Assembly (NCBI GenBank): GCA_050250955.1
Contig: JBFWNR010000002.1
Coordinates: forward strand, 537,634-601,633
Direction: 5' to 3'
Source of the DNA: Vicinamibacterales bacterium
GTDB taxonomy: Bacteria; Acidobacteriota; Vicinamibacteria; Vicinamibacterales; UBA2999
DNA length: 64,000 bases
In this document: in pieces, positions 1 to 9,560 of the stretch
Position numbering within the stretch: the first letter of the stretch is position 1
How the letters are laid out: each line of letters starts with the position of its first letter
The notes under the pieces: model-generated
What the model was told of the DNA's origin: nothing
What the model saw: the letters and a program-made list of their open reading frames with translations, nothing else
Database searches by the model: none
Position numbers and translations under genes: made by a program

Positions 1-1024
1 CGGCACCGGGCGGCGCCGCCTCCAGCGCCCGCTGGACGTAGAGGCCGGTCGTCGCCGACTCGGGCGGCTCGGCGGTCAGCACCACGACGCGCGCCGGTGT
101 GCCGCGGTCGAGGGCGACGAACCGCCGGTTGTCCGCGGCATAGCCCTCCTGGTCGTCGACGGCGATCTCCACCGTGCCGGTCGCCGGCCACGCCGCGTCG
201 AAGCGGACGTCGGCCGACGCGTGCGGGCCGAGTTCGATCCGGGCCGTGGCCATCTCACGGCCGCCGACCGCCGCGTGGACGGTCGCGGTCCGCGGTCCCG
301 GAGCAAAGCTCTGGACGACGGCCGTGAGCACGCCGTCCTGCAGGCGGGCCGCGGTCACGGCCAGGTTGCCGGGCGGTGACGCCACCGTCTCGACGACGAC
401 CTCGATGCCGTCGGGCGTCGGCGTCGGCTCGGCGTCGGACCACCCGCGCGCCTGGAGGTCGGTCACCACGACGATGCGCCCGCCGTTCGGCGCCAACGCT
501 TCGGTGGCGCGGGCCAACGCCGGGCCGAACCGGGTACCGCCGGCGCCCGGACGGACATCGGCGAGCGCCGCCCGGGCCGCCGCCCGGTCGACGGTCGGTG
601 CCACCAGCAGGTCGGCGCGGTCGTCGAAGGCGACGACACCCACCAGGTGGGTTGCCGGCGCGTCGGCGACGGCCGCCTGTGCCAGGCGCACGGCGTCGTC
701 CCACTGCCCCGGCGCGCCGAGGCTGAGCGACCGGTCGAGCGCGACGACGGTGGCCGGAGTGGCGAGCGGAGCGCCGCCGGCGACGAAGTACGGCCGGGCG
801 AAGGACACCGCCAGCAGGACGAGCGCGGCGGCGCGCAGCGCCAGCAGCAGCAGGTCGCGCAGGCGGCGGCGTTCCTGCCGTTCGACCGGCGCCTCGGGCA
901 GCATCTGCATGGCCGGGAAGTCCACGACCGTGTCGCTGCGCCGGCGATAGAGGTGCAGCGCGATCGGGATGGCCACGGCGAGCACTCCGGCCAGGAACGC
1001 GGGAGCGAGGAACCCGAGGCCCAT
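1..1024 (-). CDS. BatA-like membrane protein: N-terminal double-TM segment plus VWA-like domain (partial, 3' end outside window)
   Basis: Absent from the ORF track because it runs off the window edge. Own translation from ATG 1024-1022 (ATGA overlap with the DUF58 stop): MGLGFLAPAFLAGVLAVAIPIALHLYRRRSDTVVDFPAMQMLPE...LLLLALRAAALVLLAVSFARPYF...VVALDRSLSL...VVAFDDRADLL...GGTRFGPAL...RIVVVTDLQ. The frame stays open to position 1 and codons are GC3-rich. It is the third gene of a MoxR-DUF58-BatA arrangement. Confidence 0.75.
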   Translation of the reverse strand, partial: MGLGFLAPAFLAGVLAVAIPIALHLYRRRSDTVVDFPAMQMLPEAPVERQERRRLRDLLLLALRAAALVLLAVSFARPYFVAGGAPLATPATVVALDRSLSLGAPGQWDDAVRLAQAAVADAPATHLVGVVAFDDRADLLVAPTVDRAAARAALADVRPGAGGTRFGPALARATEALAPNGGRIVVVTDLQARGWSDAEPTPTPDGIEVVVETVASPPGNLAVTAARLQDGVLTAVVQSFAPGPRTATVHAAVGGREMATARIELGPHASADVRFDAAWPATGTVEIAVDDQEGYAADNRRFVALDRGTPARVVVLTAEPPESATTGLYVQRALEAAPPGA

Positions 1025-1914
1025 CAGGCGCGCCCCCGGGCCGACAGGTAGGCGACCAGCGCCAGGTCGAGCGGCTGCGACGTGTCGAGCAGGTGGTAAT
1101 CGATGCCGGCGCCGCCCAGCTCCCGCCGATAGGTGGCGATGAACTGCTCGATGCGCTCCACGTAGCGCTCACGCACCGCCGCCGGATCGGCGAACACCTC
1201 GGCGGCGGTCTCGACGTCGCGGAACCGGGCCGCGCTCTCGAAGGTGAAGCGCAGCTCCTCGCGATCGAGCAGGTGGAACACGATGACGTCGGTACCGCGC
1301 TGTCGGAAGTGGCGCAGGCCGTCGATGACCCGCGCCGGGTCGTCGAGCAGATCGGAGATGACCACGACCAGACCGCGCTTGGCGAGGACACGGGCCAGGT
1401 CGCCGAGCGGCTTGGCGACGTCGGTCCGCTGCCCGGACGGCAGCCGTTCGAGCGCCAGCAGCACCGTCTTGAGGTGGCCGGCGCGGGCGCTCGGCGGGAC
1501 ACGGTGGACGATGCGGTCGTCGAAGGCGATGAGGCCGACCGCATCGCGCTGCCGGTGCATCAGATAGGCCAGCGACGCCGCCAGGTAGCGTCCGTATTCG
1601 CCCTTGGTCACCGCGCCCGACCCGTAGGCCATCGAGCCGCTGACGTCGAGCAGCAGGTGGCAGTCGAGGTTGGTGTCTTCCTCGAACTTCTTGACGTAGT
1701 GGCGATCGCTGCGCGCGAACACCTTCCAGTCGATGGTGCTCAGCGCGTCGCCGGGCATGTACTGCCGGTACTCGGCGAACTCGACGCTGAAGCCGCGGAA
1801 CGGGCTGCGGTGCAGCCCGCTCAGCACGCCCTCGACGATGGTCTTGGCCTTCAGATCCAGCGTGCCGAGCCGGGCCAGCACCGCCGGGTCGAGATAGCGG
1901 GCGCTCGCCGGCAT
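1024..1914 (-). CDS. DUF58 family protein (VWA-like, MoxR partner)
   Basis: 296-aa ORF with ATG at 1914. Contains HRSPFRGFSVEFAEYRQYMPGD and LLLDVSGSMAYG (DxSxS MIDAS-like), typical of DUF58. Lies 17 nt downstream of the MoxR stop. Confidence 0.9.
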   Translation of the reverse strand: MPASARYLDPAVLARLGTLDLKAKTIVEGVLSGLHRSPFRGFSVEFAEYRQYMPGDALSTIDWKVFARSDRHYVKKFEEDTNLDCHLLLDVSGSMAYGSGAVTKGEYGRYLAASLAYLMHRQRDAVGLIAFDDRIVHRVPPSARAGHLKTVLLALERLPSGQRTDVAKPLGDLARVLAKRGLVVVISDLLDDPARVIDGLRHFRQRGTDVIVFHLLDREELRFTFESAARFRDVETAAEVFADPAAVRERYVERIEQFIATYRRELGGAGIDYHLLDTSQPLDLALVAYLSARGRA

Positions 1915-1930
1915 CGTCAGGTCGATCCTC

Positions 1931-2941
1931 TCAGAGGCCGCTGGCCGGCGGCGGTACCGCCTGGAGCAGCCGGGTGATGACGGCGTCGGCGGTGAGCCCC
2001 TCGGCCTCGCCGTAGAAGTTCGGGATCACCCGGTGACGGAGGATCGGCGCGGCCAACGCCTGAATGTCCTTGACCGCGACGTGGTGCCGGCCGTGCATCA
2101 ACGCCCGTGCCTTGGCGCCGAGGATGAGCGCCTGCGAGGCGCGCAGCCCGGCGCCCCACTTCACGTACTTCTCCACGAAGTCGAGGCGCGGCCCGCGGCC
2201 GGGCCGCGACGCGTCGACCAGCCGGACCGCGTAGCGGGCCACCTCGTCGGCGACCACGACCTGGCGCACGTAGCCGTGGTAGTTCATGATGTCGTCGCCG
2301 CTCAACACCTGGGCCGGCTGATGATGGCCGCTGCCGGTCGTCTGGGTCACCACCCGCACCTCGTCGTCCTCCGAGAGGTACGACATGGTGACGTTGAACA
2401 TGAAGCGATCGAGCTGCGCCTCGGGGAGCGGATAGGTGCCCTCCAGCTCGATGGGGTTCTGGGTCGCCAGCACGAAGAACGGCCGGTCGAGCGCGTAGGT
2501 CCGGCCGGCGGCGGTGACGTGGAACTCCTGCATCGCCTCGAGCAGCGCCGCCTGGGTCTTGGGCGGGGTACGGTTGATCTCGTCGGCGAGCAGGATCTGC
2601 GCGAAGATCGGCCCGCGCACGAAGCGCAGCGCGCGCACGCCGTCGGCCTCGTCGAGGATCTCGGTGCCGGTGATGTCGGCCGGCATGAGATCGGGTGTGA
2701 ACTGGATGCGCTTGAAGCTCAGGTCGAGGATGCTGGCCAGGGTCTTGATGAGCAGGGTCTTGGCCAGCCCGGGCACGCCGGTGAGCAGGCAGTGGCCGCC
2801 GGTGAAGAGGGCGATGAGCACCTGATCGACGACGTCGTCCTGGCCGACGATCACCAGCCGCAGCTGCTCCAGGATCTTCGCCCGCCCGGCCGCCACCCGC
2901 GACGCGAGATCCTCTCCGTGCTCTTCCGATGTGTGCTTCAT
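1931..2941 (-). CDS. MoxR-like AAA+ ATPase
   Basis: 336 aa, ATG at 2941-2939. Walker A GVPGLAKT and Walker B ILLADEINR. MoxR hallmarks: FKRIQFTPDLMPADITG and ATQNPIELEGTYPLPEAQLDRF. Confidence 0.95.
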   Translation of the reverse strand: MKHTSEEHGEDLASRVAAGRAKILEQLRLVIVGQDDVVDQVLIALFTGGHCLLTGVPGLAKTLLIKTLASILDLSFKRIQFTPDLMPADITGTEILDEADGVRALRFVRGPIFAQILLADEINRTPPKTQAALLEAMQEFHVTAAGRTYALDRPFFVLATQNPIELEGTYPLPEAQLDRFMFNVTMSYLSEDDEVRVVTQTTGSGHHQPAQVLSGDDIMNYHGYVRQVVVADEVARYAVRLVDASRPGRGPRLDFVEKYVKWGAGLRASQALILGAKARALMHGRHHVAVKDIQALAAPILRHRVIPNFYGEAEGLTADAVITRLLQAVPPPASGL

Positions 2942-2957
2942 CGCGGTGTGATTCCCT

Positions 2958-2992
2958 GGTCCCCGGTCCCCGGTCCCCGGTCCCGGGTCCCT
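2958..2992 (-). repeat. Tandem heptad repeat (GGGGACC)n, five units, G-tracts on the mRNA-sense (minus) strand
   Basis: Plus strand reads GGTCCCC GGTCCCC GGTCCCC GGTCCCG GGTCCCT. It lies in the 58-nt spacer between the DUF4159 stop (3000) and the MoxR ATG (2941). The same unit recurs at 49361-49395. Confidence 0.9.
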
Positions 2993-2999
2993 GCCGGCG

Positions 3000-3851
3000 T
3001 CAGTGCGTCAACGTATAGACGATCTCGTTGATCATCATCTGGTAGGCCACCGACGTCCACTTGAGATAGCCGGGATAGTCTTCGGCGTTCGACCACTCCC
3101 AGCCGTCACCCATGTCGGTGTTCCAGTTGATGAGCACCATCGGCCGGCCGTCGTCGTCGAGGATGGCGCGGAGCCGGGCAGTGAATCCGCCCTTCTCCCA
3201 GGTACGGCCGTTGAAGAAGGAGCCCAGCCCCGGCACCTGGGGATACCGGTCGAGGGTGTAGAAGCAGGAGAAGATCGGGTGTGACGGCGGCAGGTCGACG
3301 ATCTCGCGGTCGGGGAAGACCTTGGCGAGCTGGCGGACGGTGAGATCCCACTCGAAGGAGCCGTGGAAGTCGTCGAGGGTCAGCGTGCCGCCGCGAAGCA
3401 GGAACTCGCGGAGCGTCGCCGCCTCGTCGTCACTCAGCACGGCGTTGCTGGGCTCGACCAGGTAGAGCCACGGGTACTGCCACAGCCGCGGGTCGTCGAG
3501 CGCCATCACCAGCGGCTCACCGACCTCGACGGCGGTGGCGGTCTGGACGCGCCGCGACAGGTTCTGTTCGGCGGCCGGGGCGTCGATGGCCCAGGGGTCG
3601 TCCCAGAAGCCGAACCGCGTCCGCATCGCCAGGTCGCCGGTGGTCGGCGTGTACTTGACGCGGACGAACGTCCACTGCAGGCCGGCCAGCCGGTCTTCCT
3701 TGAACACGCCGGCCTGGGCGATCGCCTCCCGGGTCAGCGACGACACCGCCGGCACGACGAAGGCAACCAGGGCCACCGCCGCCGCCACGAGGGGACCGTG
3801 CCGGCGCAGCCGGCGCGCCGCCGGCCGGGTGCCCGGCACGGCGCCGGTCAT
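3000..3851 (-). CDS. DUF4159-like membrane-anchored protein
   Basis: 283 aa with an N-terminal TM (LVAAAVALVAFVVPAV). Core WTFVRVKYT...FWDDPWAIDAPAAEQNL...LRGGTLTLDDFHG...FPDREIVDLPPSHPIFSCFY matches my memory of DUF4159, which typically accompanies MoxR/BatA operons. Its start overlaps the upstream stop (3848-3851). Confidence 0.7.
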   Translation of the reverse strand: MTGAVPGTRPAARRLRRHGPLVAAAVALVAFVVPAVSSLTREAIAQAGVFKEDRLAGLQWTFVRVKYTPTTGDLAMRTRFGFWDDPWAIDAPAAEQNLSRRVQTATAVEVGEPLVMALDDPRLWQYPWLYLVEPSNAVLSDDEAATLREFLLRGGTLTLDDFHGSFEWDLTVRQLAKVFPDREIVDLPPSHPIFSCFYTLDRYPQVPGLGSFFNGRTWEKGGFTARLRAILDDDGRPMVLINWNTDMGDGWEWSNAEDYPGYLKWTSVAYQMMINEIVYTLTH

Positions 3852-6358
3852 TGCGGCGACTCCACCAGGCGCAGCAGCAGTTCCTGAGCACGCACGTAGG
3901 AGGGCGCGACCTCGAGGGCCAGCAACGCCTGCTTCTTGGCCTCGTCGCGCTGGCCGCCCTTCTCGAGCGCCTCGCCGAGGTCGGCGTGGGCGCCGGCCCG
4001 ATCCTGCGCGCCGGCGGCGACGGCGACCCGGAACGCCTGCAGGGCCGCCGGCAGGTTGCCGTCGCCCATCGCGAAGCGGCCCAGTTCGGTGTGGGCCGAA
4101 GCGTCGAACGGGTCGATGGCGACCACGGCCGCCAGGGCCGACTTGCGCCGCGCCGCGTCGCCCGGCTGATCGAGCAGCCCGACCAGCTGACGGGCCGACC
4201 CGACATCGGTGTGATCGTTGGCGGTCAGGGTTTCGAGCGCCGCCGCCGCTCCGGCCTTGTCGCCCCGGGCGAGTTTCAGCGCCGCGATCCGCGCCTGCGG
4301 ACTGCCGTCACCCGAGGCGATCGGCACCAGCGCCGCGGCCCGCTCGTAGGCGGCCAGGGCGGCGTCGGCGTCGCTCTTCTCGAGCGCCCGGCCGAGCGCC
4401 AGCTGGACCGGAAAGCTGCCGGGATTGGCGGCCGCCAGGGCGCGCAGCCGCTCGGCCGGCTCGTCGCCCTCGAAGCCGTCGGGTGCCGCCAGGGCCCGGC
4501 GCAGCCGCCCGAAGCGCTCGTCGAGAAAACGGTCGAAGGTCCCCTGCAGGTCGTCGATCGACACGCCGAGCGCCTTCTCGATCGCCTGCGGGGTGTCGAG
4601 GTCGTCGGCGAACACCCGCACCAGCTCGCGCAGCGCCGGTTCCTTGAAACGGGCGACGATGTGTTCGACCAGCAGCGACGCCTGGTAGTAGGCGAGCGAG
4701 ATCGTCTGCGGATTGCTGAACCCCGAGTTGAGATCGCGCAGCCGCATCACCTGCTTGCGCTCCATCGCGCCGGCGAAGGTGACTTCCATCTCCCGGCCCC
4801 ACGACGGGCGGGCGCGGGTTTCCTCCCAGACCGAGATGCCCTCGGTCAGCCAACGCGGCACCCGCTGGTTGGACAGCTGCAGGGTGATGACGTGGGCCAG
4901 TTCGTGCCAGAGCGTCGCGCCCCAGTTGAACTCACCCGGCGGCCGCGCCTTCGGCGAGTCCATGGTGACGACGCGGCCGAAGCAGGCGCCGAGCGCTCCG
5001 ATCATGCCCGGCAGGCCGAGCGTGCGCACCGCGAAGTCGTCGTGACGCGGGAACACCTCGATCAGGATCGGGCCGGTCGGGGTGAAGTTCCACCGCTTGG
5101 CCAGCGTGGCCAGGGCTTCGCGCGCCAGCCCCGGCACGTACTCGCGCATCACGCCGGCTTCGTCGGGGTGCAGGCGGATCACCATGTCGCCGTCGCGGAT
5201 GGTCTCGAAGTCGTCGAGCGTGTCGAGCAGGCCGAGCAGGTTGTAGGTGACGGCGTCGAACGGGTCGCCGCGAAACGCCGTCTCGAGCGCCCGCCGCGCC
5301 GCCCGCTCGTCGCCGGTCCGCATCAGGTGGGCGCCGAGATCGGCGAAGGCGCGGTAGTTCTCCCGGTCGAGGGCCACCGCCTTGCGGGCGAACTCGGCCG
5401 CTTCCTCGAAGCGATAGGCGCGCGCCGACACCCCGCCGATCACCCGATGGACCTCGCCGTAGAGCGGGTTGATCTTGAGAACCGCCGCGGTGGCCGCCGC
5501 CTGGTCGGCGTCGCGCTTCTCGAGCCAGGCGAGCGCGGCCGAGAGCGACAGCGCGTCGAGCGAATTGGGATTGATGGCGAGCGCCTTGTCGAGCGCCGCC
5601 TTGGCGTCGTCGCGCTTGAGGTCGTCGAGCGCCAGGCGCGCCAGCAGCACGTGGGCGCCCGCCTCGTTGGGGTTGACGGCGAGGGTCTGCTGCGCCAGCT
5701 TGCGGGCCAGCGGCGGGTTGTCTTCGGCGACGGTCTGGGCCATGCCGAGCAGCGCCGCCGGGTGCTGGGCGTCGCCGCGCATCGCCGCCTCGAAGGAGCG
5801 CGCCGCCTCGCTGCGCTGGTACTTCTCCAGGAAGAGCTCGCCCCAGGCGATGTTGGCCTCGACGTCGGTGGGCGCGCGGGCGATCGCCTCGCGGAAGTAG
5901 TCGTTGGCCTGCTGGAAGCGGCCGAGGGCGCGCGCCGCCCGCCCGGCGCGGACGTAATCGGCGGCGGCCGCCCCGGGCACGTCGCGCGACAGCACCAGCG
6001 CCAGGGTCCGCAGCGCCTCGACCCGGCGCCCCTGCAATCGCCGCAGGATCCCGAGCTCGACGGCGGCGTCGCCGATCGGACTCTCCTGCACCGCCGGCTG
6101 CAGCACCTTCTCGGCCTCGCCGTAACGGCCGACGGCCGCGTAGGCGCGGGCCCGCAGCACGGCCACGGCGGGATCGGCGGCAAGCGGCGCCGCCAGCGTG
6201 TGCACCTCGTCGTAGCGGCCGCTGCGCAACGCGCGCTCGATGGCGGCGCGGCCCGACGCCGGCGCCTGACCGGACAGCGGCACGGTCACCGCGACGAGCC
6301 CGGCGGCGAGGACGGCGGCACGCAGGCGGCGGACGGCAGCGGGAGGACGAACAGCCAT
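3848..6358 (-). CDS. TPR-repeat protein with gluzincin-type metallopeptidase domain (HExxH)
   Basis: The ORF track gives 3848..6517. The ATG at 6358-6356 precedes a signal-like MAVRPPAAVRRLRAAVLAAGLVAVTVPLSG, so I use it as the start. Has an N-terminal TPR region, WHELAHVITLQ (HExxH) followed by WLTEGISVWEE (third zinc-ligand Glu), and C-terminal TPRs. Confidence 0.8.
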   Translation of the reverse strand: MAVRPPAAVRRLRAAVLAAGLVAVTVPLSGQAPASGRAAIERALRSGRYDEVHTLAAPLAADPAVAVLRARAYAAVGRYGEAEKVLQPAVQESPIGDAAVELGILRRLQGRRVEALRTLALVLSRDVPGAAAADYVRAGRAARALGRFQQANDYFREAIARAPTDVEANIAWGELFLEKYQRSEAARSFEAAMRGDAQHPAALLGMAQTVAEDNPPLARKLAQQTLAVNPNEAGAHVLLARLALDDLKRDDAKAALDKALAINPNSLDALSLSAALAWLEKRDADQAAATAAVLKINPLYGEVHRVIGGVSARAYRFEEAAEFARKAVALDRENYRAFADLGAHLMRTGDERAARRALETAFRGDPFDAVTYNLLGLLDTLDDFETIRDGDMVIRLHPDEAGVMREYVPGLAREALATLAKRWNFTPTGPILIEVFPRHDDFAVRTLGLPGMIGALGACFGRVVTMDSPKARPPGEFNWGATLWHELAHVITLQLSNQRVPRWLTEGISVWEETRARPSWGREMEVTFAGAMERKQVMRLRDLNSGFSNPQTISLAYYQASLLVEHIVARFKEPALRELVRVFADDLDTPQAIEKALGVSIDDLQGTFDRFLDERFGRLRRALAAPDGFEGDEPAERLRALAAANPGSFPVQLALGRALEKSDADAALAAYERAAALVPIASGDGSPQARIAALKLARGDKAGAAAALETLTANDHTDVGSARQLVGLLDQPGDAARRKSALAAVVAIDPFDASAHTELGRFAMGDGNLPAALQAFRVAVAAGAQDRAGAHADLGEALEKGGQRDEAKKQALLALEVAPSYVRAQELLLRLVESPQ

Positions 6359-6444
6359 GGGCGGACGGACTGGGCTCAGTATACGGCCTCGCTCCGTGTG
6401 CCCATACAGACGGCGCCGCCGGGGTGTTGGCCGGCGTGGCGGGG

Positions 6445-7876
6445 TCAGAACAGCTGACGCCAGGTGAAGAACAGCGTCGCCGCGAAGGCCTGCAGCCCCG
6501 CGAACGCGGCGAGCCACGCGGTGCGGTGCCGGGCCGGGACGGCGTCAGCCAGCCAGAGGAACGTCGGGAAGAGGACAGTGGTGGCCCGCCCCACCGACAG
6601 CAACCCGCCGGTCGCGAGCGACGGCACGACGTTCAGCAGCAGCAGCGCGGCCGCCGCCGGTCCGAACCGCCGAGCCACCGGCCACAGCGCGGCGGCGGTC
6701 AGCGTCAGCGCCAGCAGGTTGAGGAAGTTCGGGACGTTGCCGGTCGCGTACTGGTACACGCCCAGCTGCCCGATCGCCTCCGCCTCGCCGAACAGGAACG
6801 CGCCGGCCCCGAGGTTCTGGCGGCCCCAGGCGGCCTGGAGGCGGATCCACGTGAAGGGATCGCCGGTCAGGTCGGCGATGTAGGCGGAATAGAGCAGCAT
6901 ACCGAGGCCGGGGGCCGCAGCGACCACGAAGCGGTCGGCGAGAGTGCTCCAGCCGCCCGGAGGCGCCTGCAGACGGCCGCCCCGCCACCACGGGTCCACG
7001 GCGACCAGGGCGAGCGGAATCGACAGCAGGCAGCCGTTCGGCCGCGTCAGCCCGGCCAGCAGTCCCCATCCGAACGCCGCCCACCGCTCGTCGCGCCTGA
7101 GGTGGAACCAGGCGCCGAGCATCGCCAGCAGGAACAGCGCTTCGGTGTACGGGGCGCTGTAGAACAACGCGAAGGGATAGCACGCCGCGAACGCGACCGC
7201 CGCCGCCGCCCGATCGGCATCCAGCATCTCGCGGGCCAGGCGGTACAGATACCGGGCGGCCCAGGCGAAGGCGACGATCGACAGCAGCGTCCCGGCCCAC
7301 AGGATCTGCCGCGCCAGCAGCAGCGAGCCCAGCGACATCAGCACCGGGAAGGCCGGGAAGAACACCAGGTTCTGCTGGCGATCGACGCGGCCGGGCTGGT
7401 ACTCGTAGCCGTGCGTGGCGATGCCCAGATACCACCCGGCGTCGAATCGGGCCGGCAGGTTGCCGATCTCGCTCTCGGCCACGCGAATCGGCGCCCGCCC
7501 TTCTGGAAAGCCGATGGCAAAGACGGCCAGCAGCCCGATCGTCAGCACCCCCAGCCGGCTGGCGGCCACCACCGGCCAGGTGGCCTGGGTGGTCGGGTCG
7601 CGCCACCAGCGCGCGGTGCCGTGGACCATCCGGACGGCCATCGAAGGCGCCCGGCACGCCGCGTGTCGCGCCAGCGCCACCAGCACGGCGGCGAGCGCCG
7701 GCCGCCACCACGCCGTCACCGAGACGCGCCAGCCGGCGACCTCGGTGCGGAACCCCCCGGTGGCCAGCGCCGAGATCGCCAGCAGCGCCAGCACGACCGT
7801 CGCGGCGTCGGCCAGCCGGGCCCACGCCGGCGGTGGCGGTGATCCGGACGGCGGCGCGAGCAACGGCGGGGTCACG
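6445..7876 (-). CDS. Polytopic membrane glycosyltransferase, PIG-V/GT76-like mannosyltransferase family
   Basis: The real part of track ORF 6445..8238. GTG at 7876-7874 overlaps the upstream stop (GTGA). Contains RFDAGWYLGIATHGYEY...QNLVFFPAFPVLM and about 10 predicted TM helices, a pattern I recognise from the PIG-V-type mannosyltransferase family. Confidence 0.65.
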
Positions 7877-8387
7877 GCCGGCCCAGCGCGCGGTTCTCGA
7901 CCGCAATCCGGCGACGGAGCAGCAGCCCGAAGACGACGAGGGCGAGCGCGCCCATCACCGGCGCCCACACGGTCAGGGCGACGCCGAGAAACTCGCCGGC
8001 CACGGCCACGTAGTTGGGATGGCGCAGGAACCGGTACGGGCCGCGCGTCACCAGCGGCGCCCCCGGCGGGACCAGCACGCGGAAGGTCCAGCGCCCGCCG
8101 AGCGACGCGATCGCCCAGGCCTTCAGGGCCTTGGCCACTCCAAAGACGACCAGGCCGGCCGCCAGCACCGCTGGCGGGGCCGGGCCGGTGAGCGCGCCTT
8201 CGACGCCGAGCAGCACGAAGCCGAGCGGGTAGGTCCACATCATCACGCCGATGACGTCGCCGGGCGGCTCGACGGCGCCGCCGGCGACGAGCACCCGGGC
8301 GTTGTGGCGCGACAGGAGCGCCTCACCGGCCATCACCAGCAGCACGGCCAGCACGGTGGCCGCCGACAGGCTCACCGCGATGGGCAC
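7872..8387 (-). CDS. Isoprenylcysteine carboxyl methyltransferase (ICMT) family membrane methyltransferase
   Basis: C-terminal RGPYRFLRHPNYVAVAGEFLGVAL...RRRIAVENRAL is the ICMT/PEMT-type signature. The track start (8540) lies inside the upstream gene. GTG at 8387-8385 precedes the first TM (VPIAVSLSAATVLAVLLVMAG). Start is uncertain. Confidence 0.8.
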   Translation of the reverse strand: MPIAVSLSAATVLAVLLVMAGEALLSRHNARVLVAGGAVEPPGDVIGVMMWTYPLGFVLLGVEGALTGPAPPAVLAAGLVVFGVAKALKAWAIASLGGRWTFRVLVPPGAPLVTRGPYRFLRHPNYVAVAGEFLGVALTVWAPVMGALALVVFGLLLRRRIAVENRALGRP

Positions 8388-9560
8388 GGGACCTCGGCGG
8401 TGACGTGAGCGGCGTGGCCGACATCGCCGGCATAGCGCACCATCGCCTCGAACAGTCGCGGCCAGGCCCGCGCCACGACCGCGGCGCCGCCGATCGCGCC
8501 GCTGCCGACCAGCGTCCGGACGGCGCGGTTGAACCGCCACTTGCCGGCGAAAGCGCGGCGACGCCGCCGGGCGAGGACCCCCGGAGCGTCGACCGCGGGC
8601 AGCACACCGCGCAGCACGGCATCGGCGACCTCGGCGGCGATCTCGGCGCCGGCGAGGGCCAGGCGCACGCCGTCCCCGGTCATCGGGTCGATGAACCCGG
8701 CGGCGTCGCCGGCCAGCAGCAGGCCGGGCACGCCCGGCACGGCGACGTCCATCGCCATGGGTCCAAGCACGACGGCCGGGGCGGCCAGCCGCGTCGCCAC
8801 GAACCGGGGCGCCACCGCCGGGTCGCGGCGCGCGGCGTCGAGCAGCGCGGCGGCGGGCGCCGCCACGGCGCTCCGGACCACGTCATACGGCACGACGAGA
8901 CAGACGTTGGTGACCCCGGAGGGCACCGGCGCGATTCCGAGGTAGCGGCCGTCGCGGACGTGCATCTCGCCGTAGTCGGGCCGGACGCCGGCGACGCCGT
9001 GGCAATACGCGCCGAGCGCCCAGCGCCGCGGACGGCGTGGGGCCCGCGCCAGGCGACACCCCGCGGCGAGCGCCGATCGCCGGCCGTCGGCGCCGATGAC
9101 CAGCCGCGCGGAATGGGCCAGCCAGCCGGCACGTCCGCCGACACGGACGCCGGTGACGGTCGCGCCGCCGGTGGTCGGGCCGCCGACCGGCGTGGCGTCG
9201 TGGACGGCGACGCCGGCCCGGGCCGCCTCGGTCAGCAACCATCCGTCGAAGGCGGTCCGGGTGACGTTCAAGCCGGTGATCCCGGCGGGATAGGTGCCGC
9301 ACACCGTCACGCCGCCAGGGCCGCTGAGGCGCATCCCGCGCAGCGGCCGGCCCAGGGCCGCGAGCGGCCCGAGGTCGAGGTGTCGGGCGAGCACGGCGAG
9401 CGCCCCGGGGTTGAGGGTGTCGCCGCACAGCTTCGGGCGCGGAAATCGCGCCCGTTCGAACAGGCGCACCCGCCACCCGCGCCGCGCCAGCAGCAGCGCC
9501 GACAGCGCCCCGGCCGGGCCCCCGCCGACGACCACGACGTCGTCCGGCGCCGGGCTCACG
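8372..9560 (-). CDS. FAD-dependent oxidoreductase (geranylgeranyl-reductase-like family)
   Basis: Embedded in the merged track ORF 8372..10936. GTG at 9560-9558 overlaps the KAS stop (GTGA). N-terminus VSPAPDDVVVVGGGPAGALSALLLARRGWRVRLFER is a dinucleotide-binding fold (GxGxxG). LLAGDAAGFIDPMTGDG is the FAD-binding GD motif. Confidence 0.85.

Noticed and set aside
255-1544. 429-aa minus-strand ORF overlapping DUF58 and the BatA-like gene
   Set aside because: It is out of frame with both real genes, the sequence is Arg/Ser/Pro-rich, and the real BatA-like frame reads cleanly from ATG 1024.
3851-6457. 868-aa plus-strand ORF fully antisense to the TPR-peptidase gene
   Set aside because: Arg/Gly/Pro/Ala-rich low-complexity translation with no recognisable motifs. 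This is a typical shadow ORF caused by GC3-biased coding on the opposite strand.
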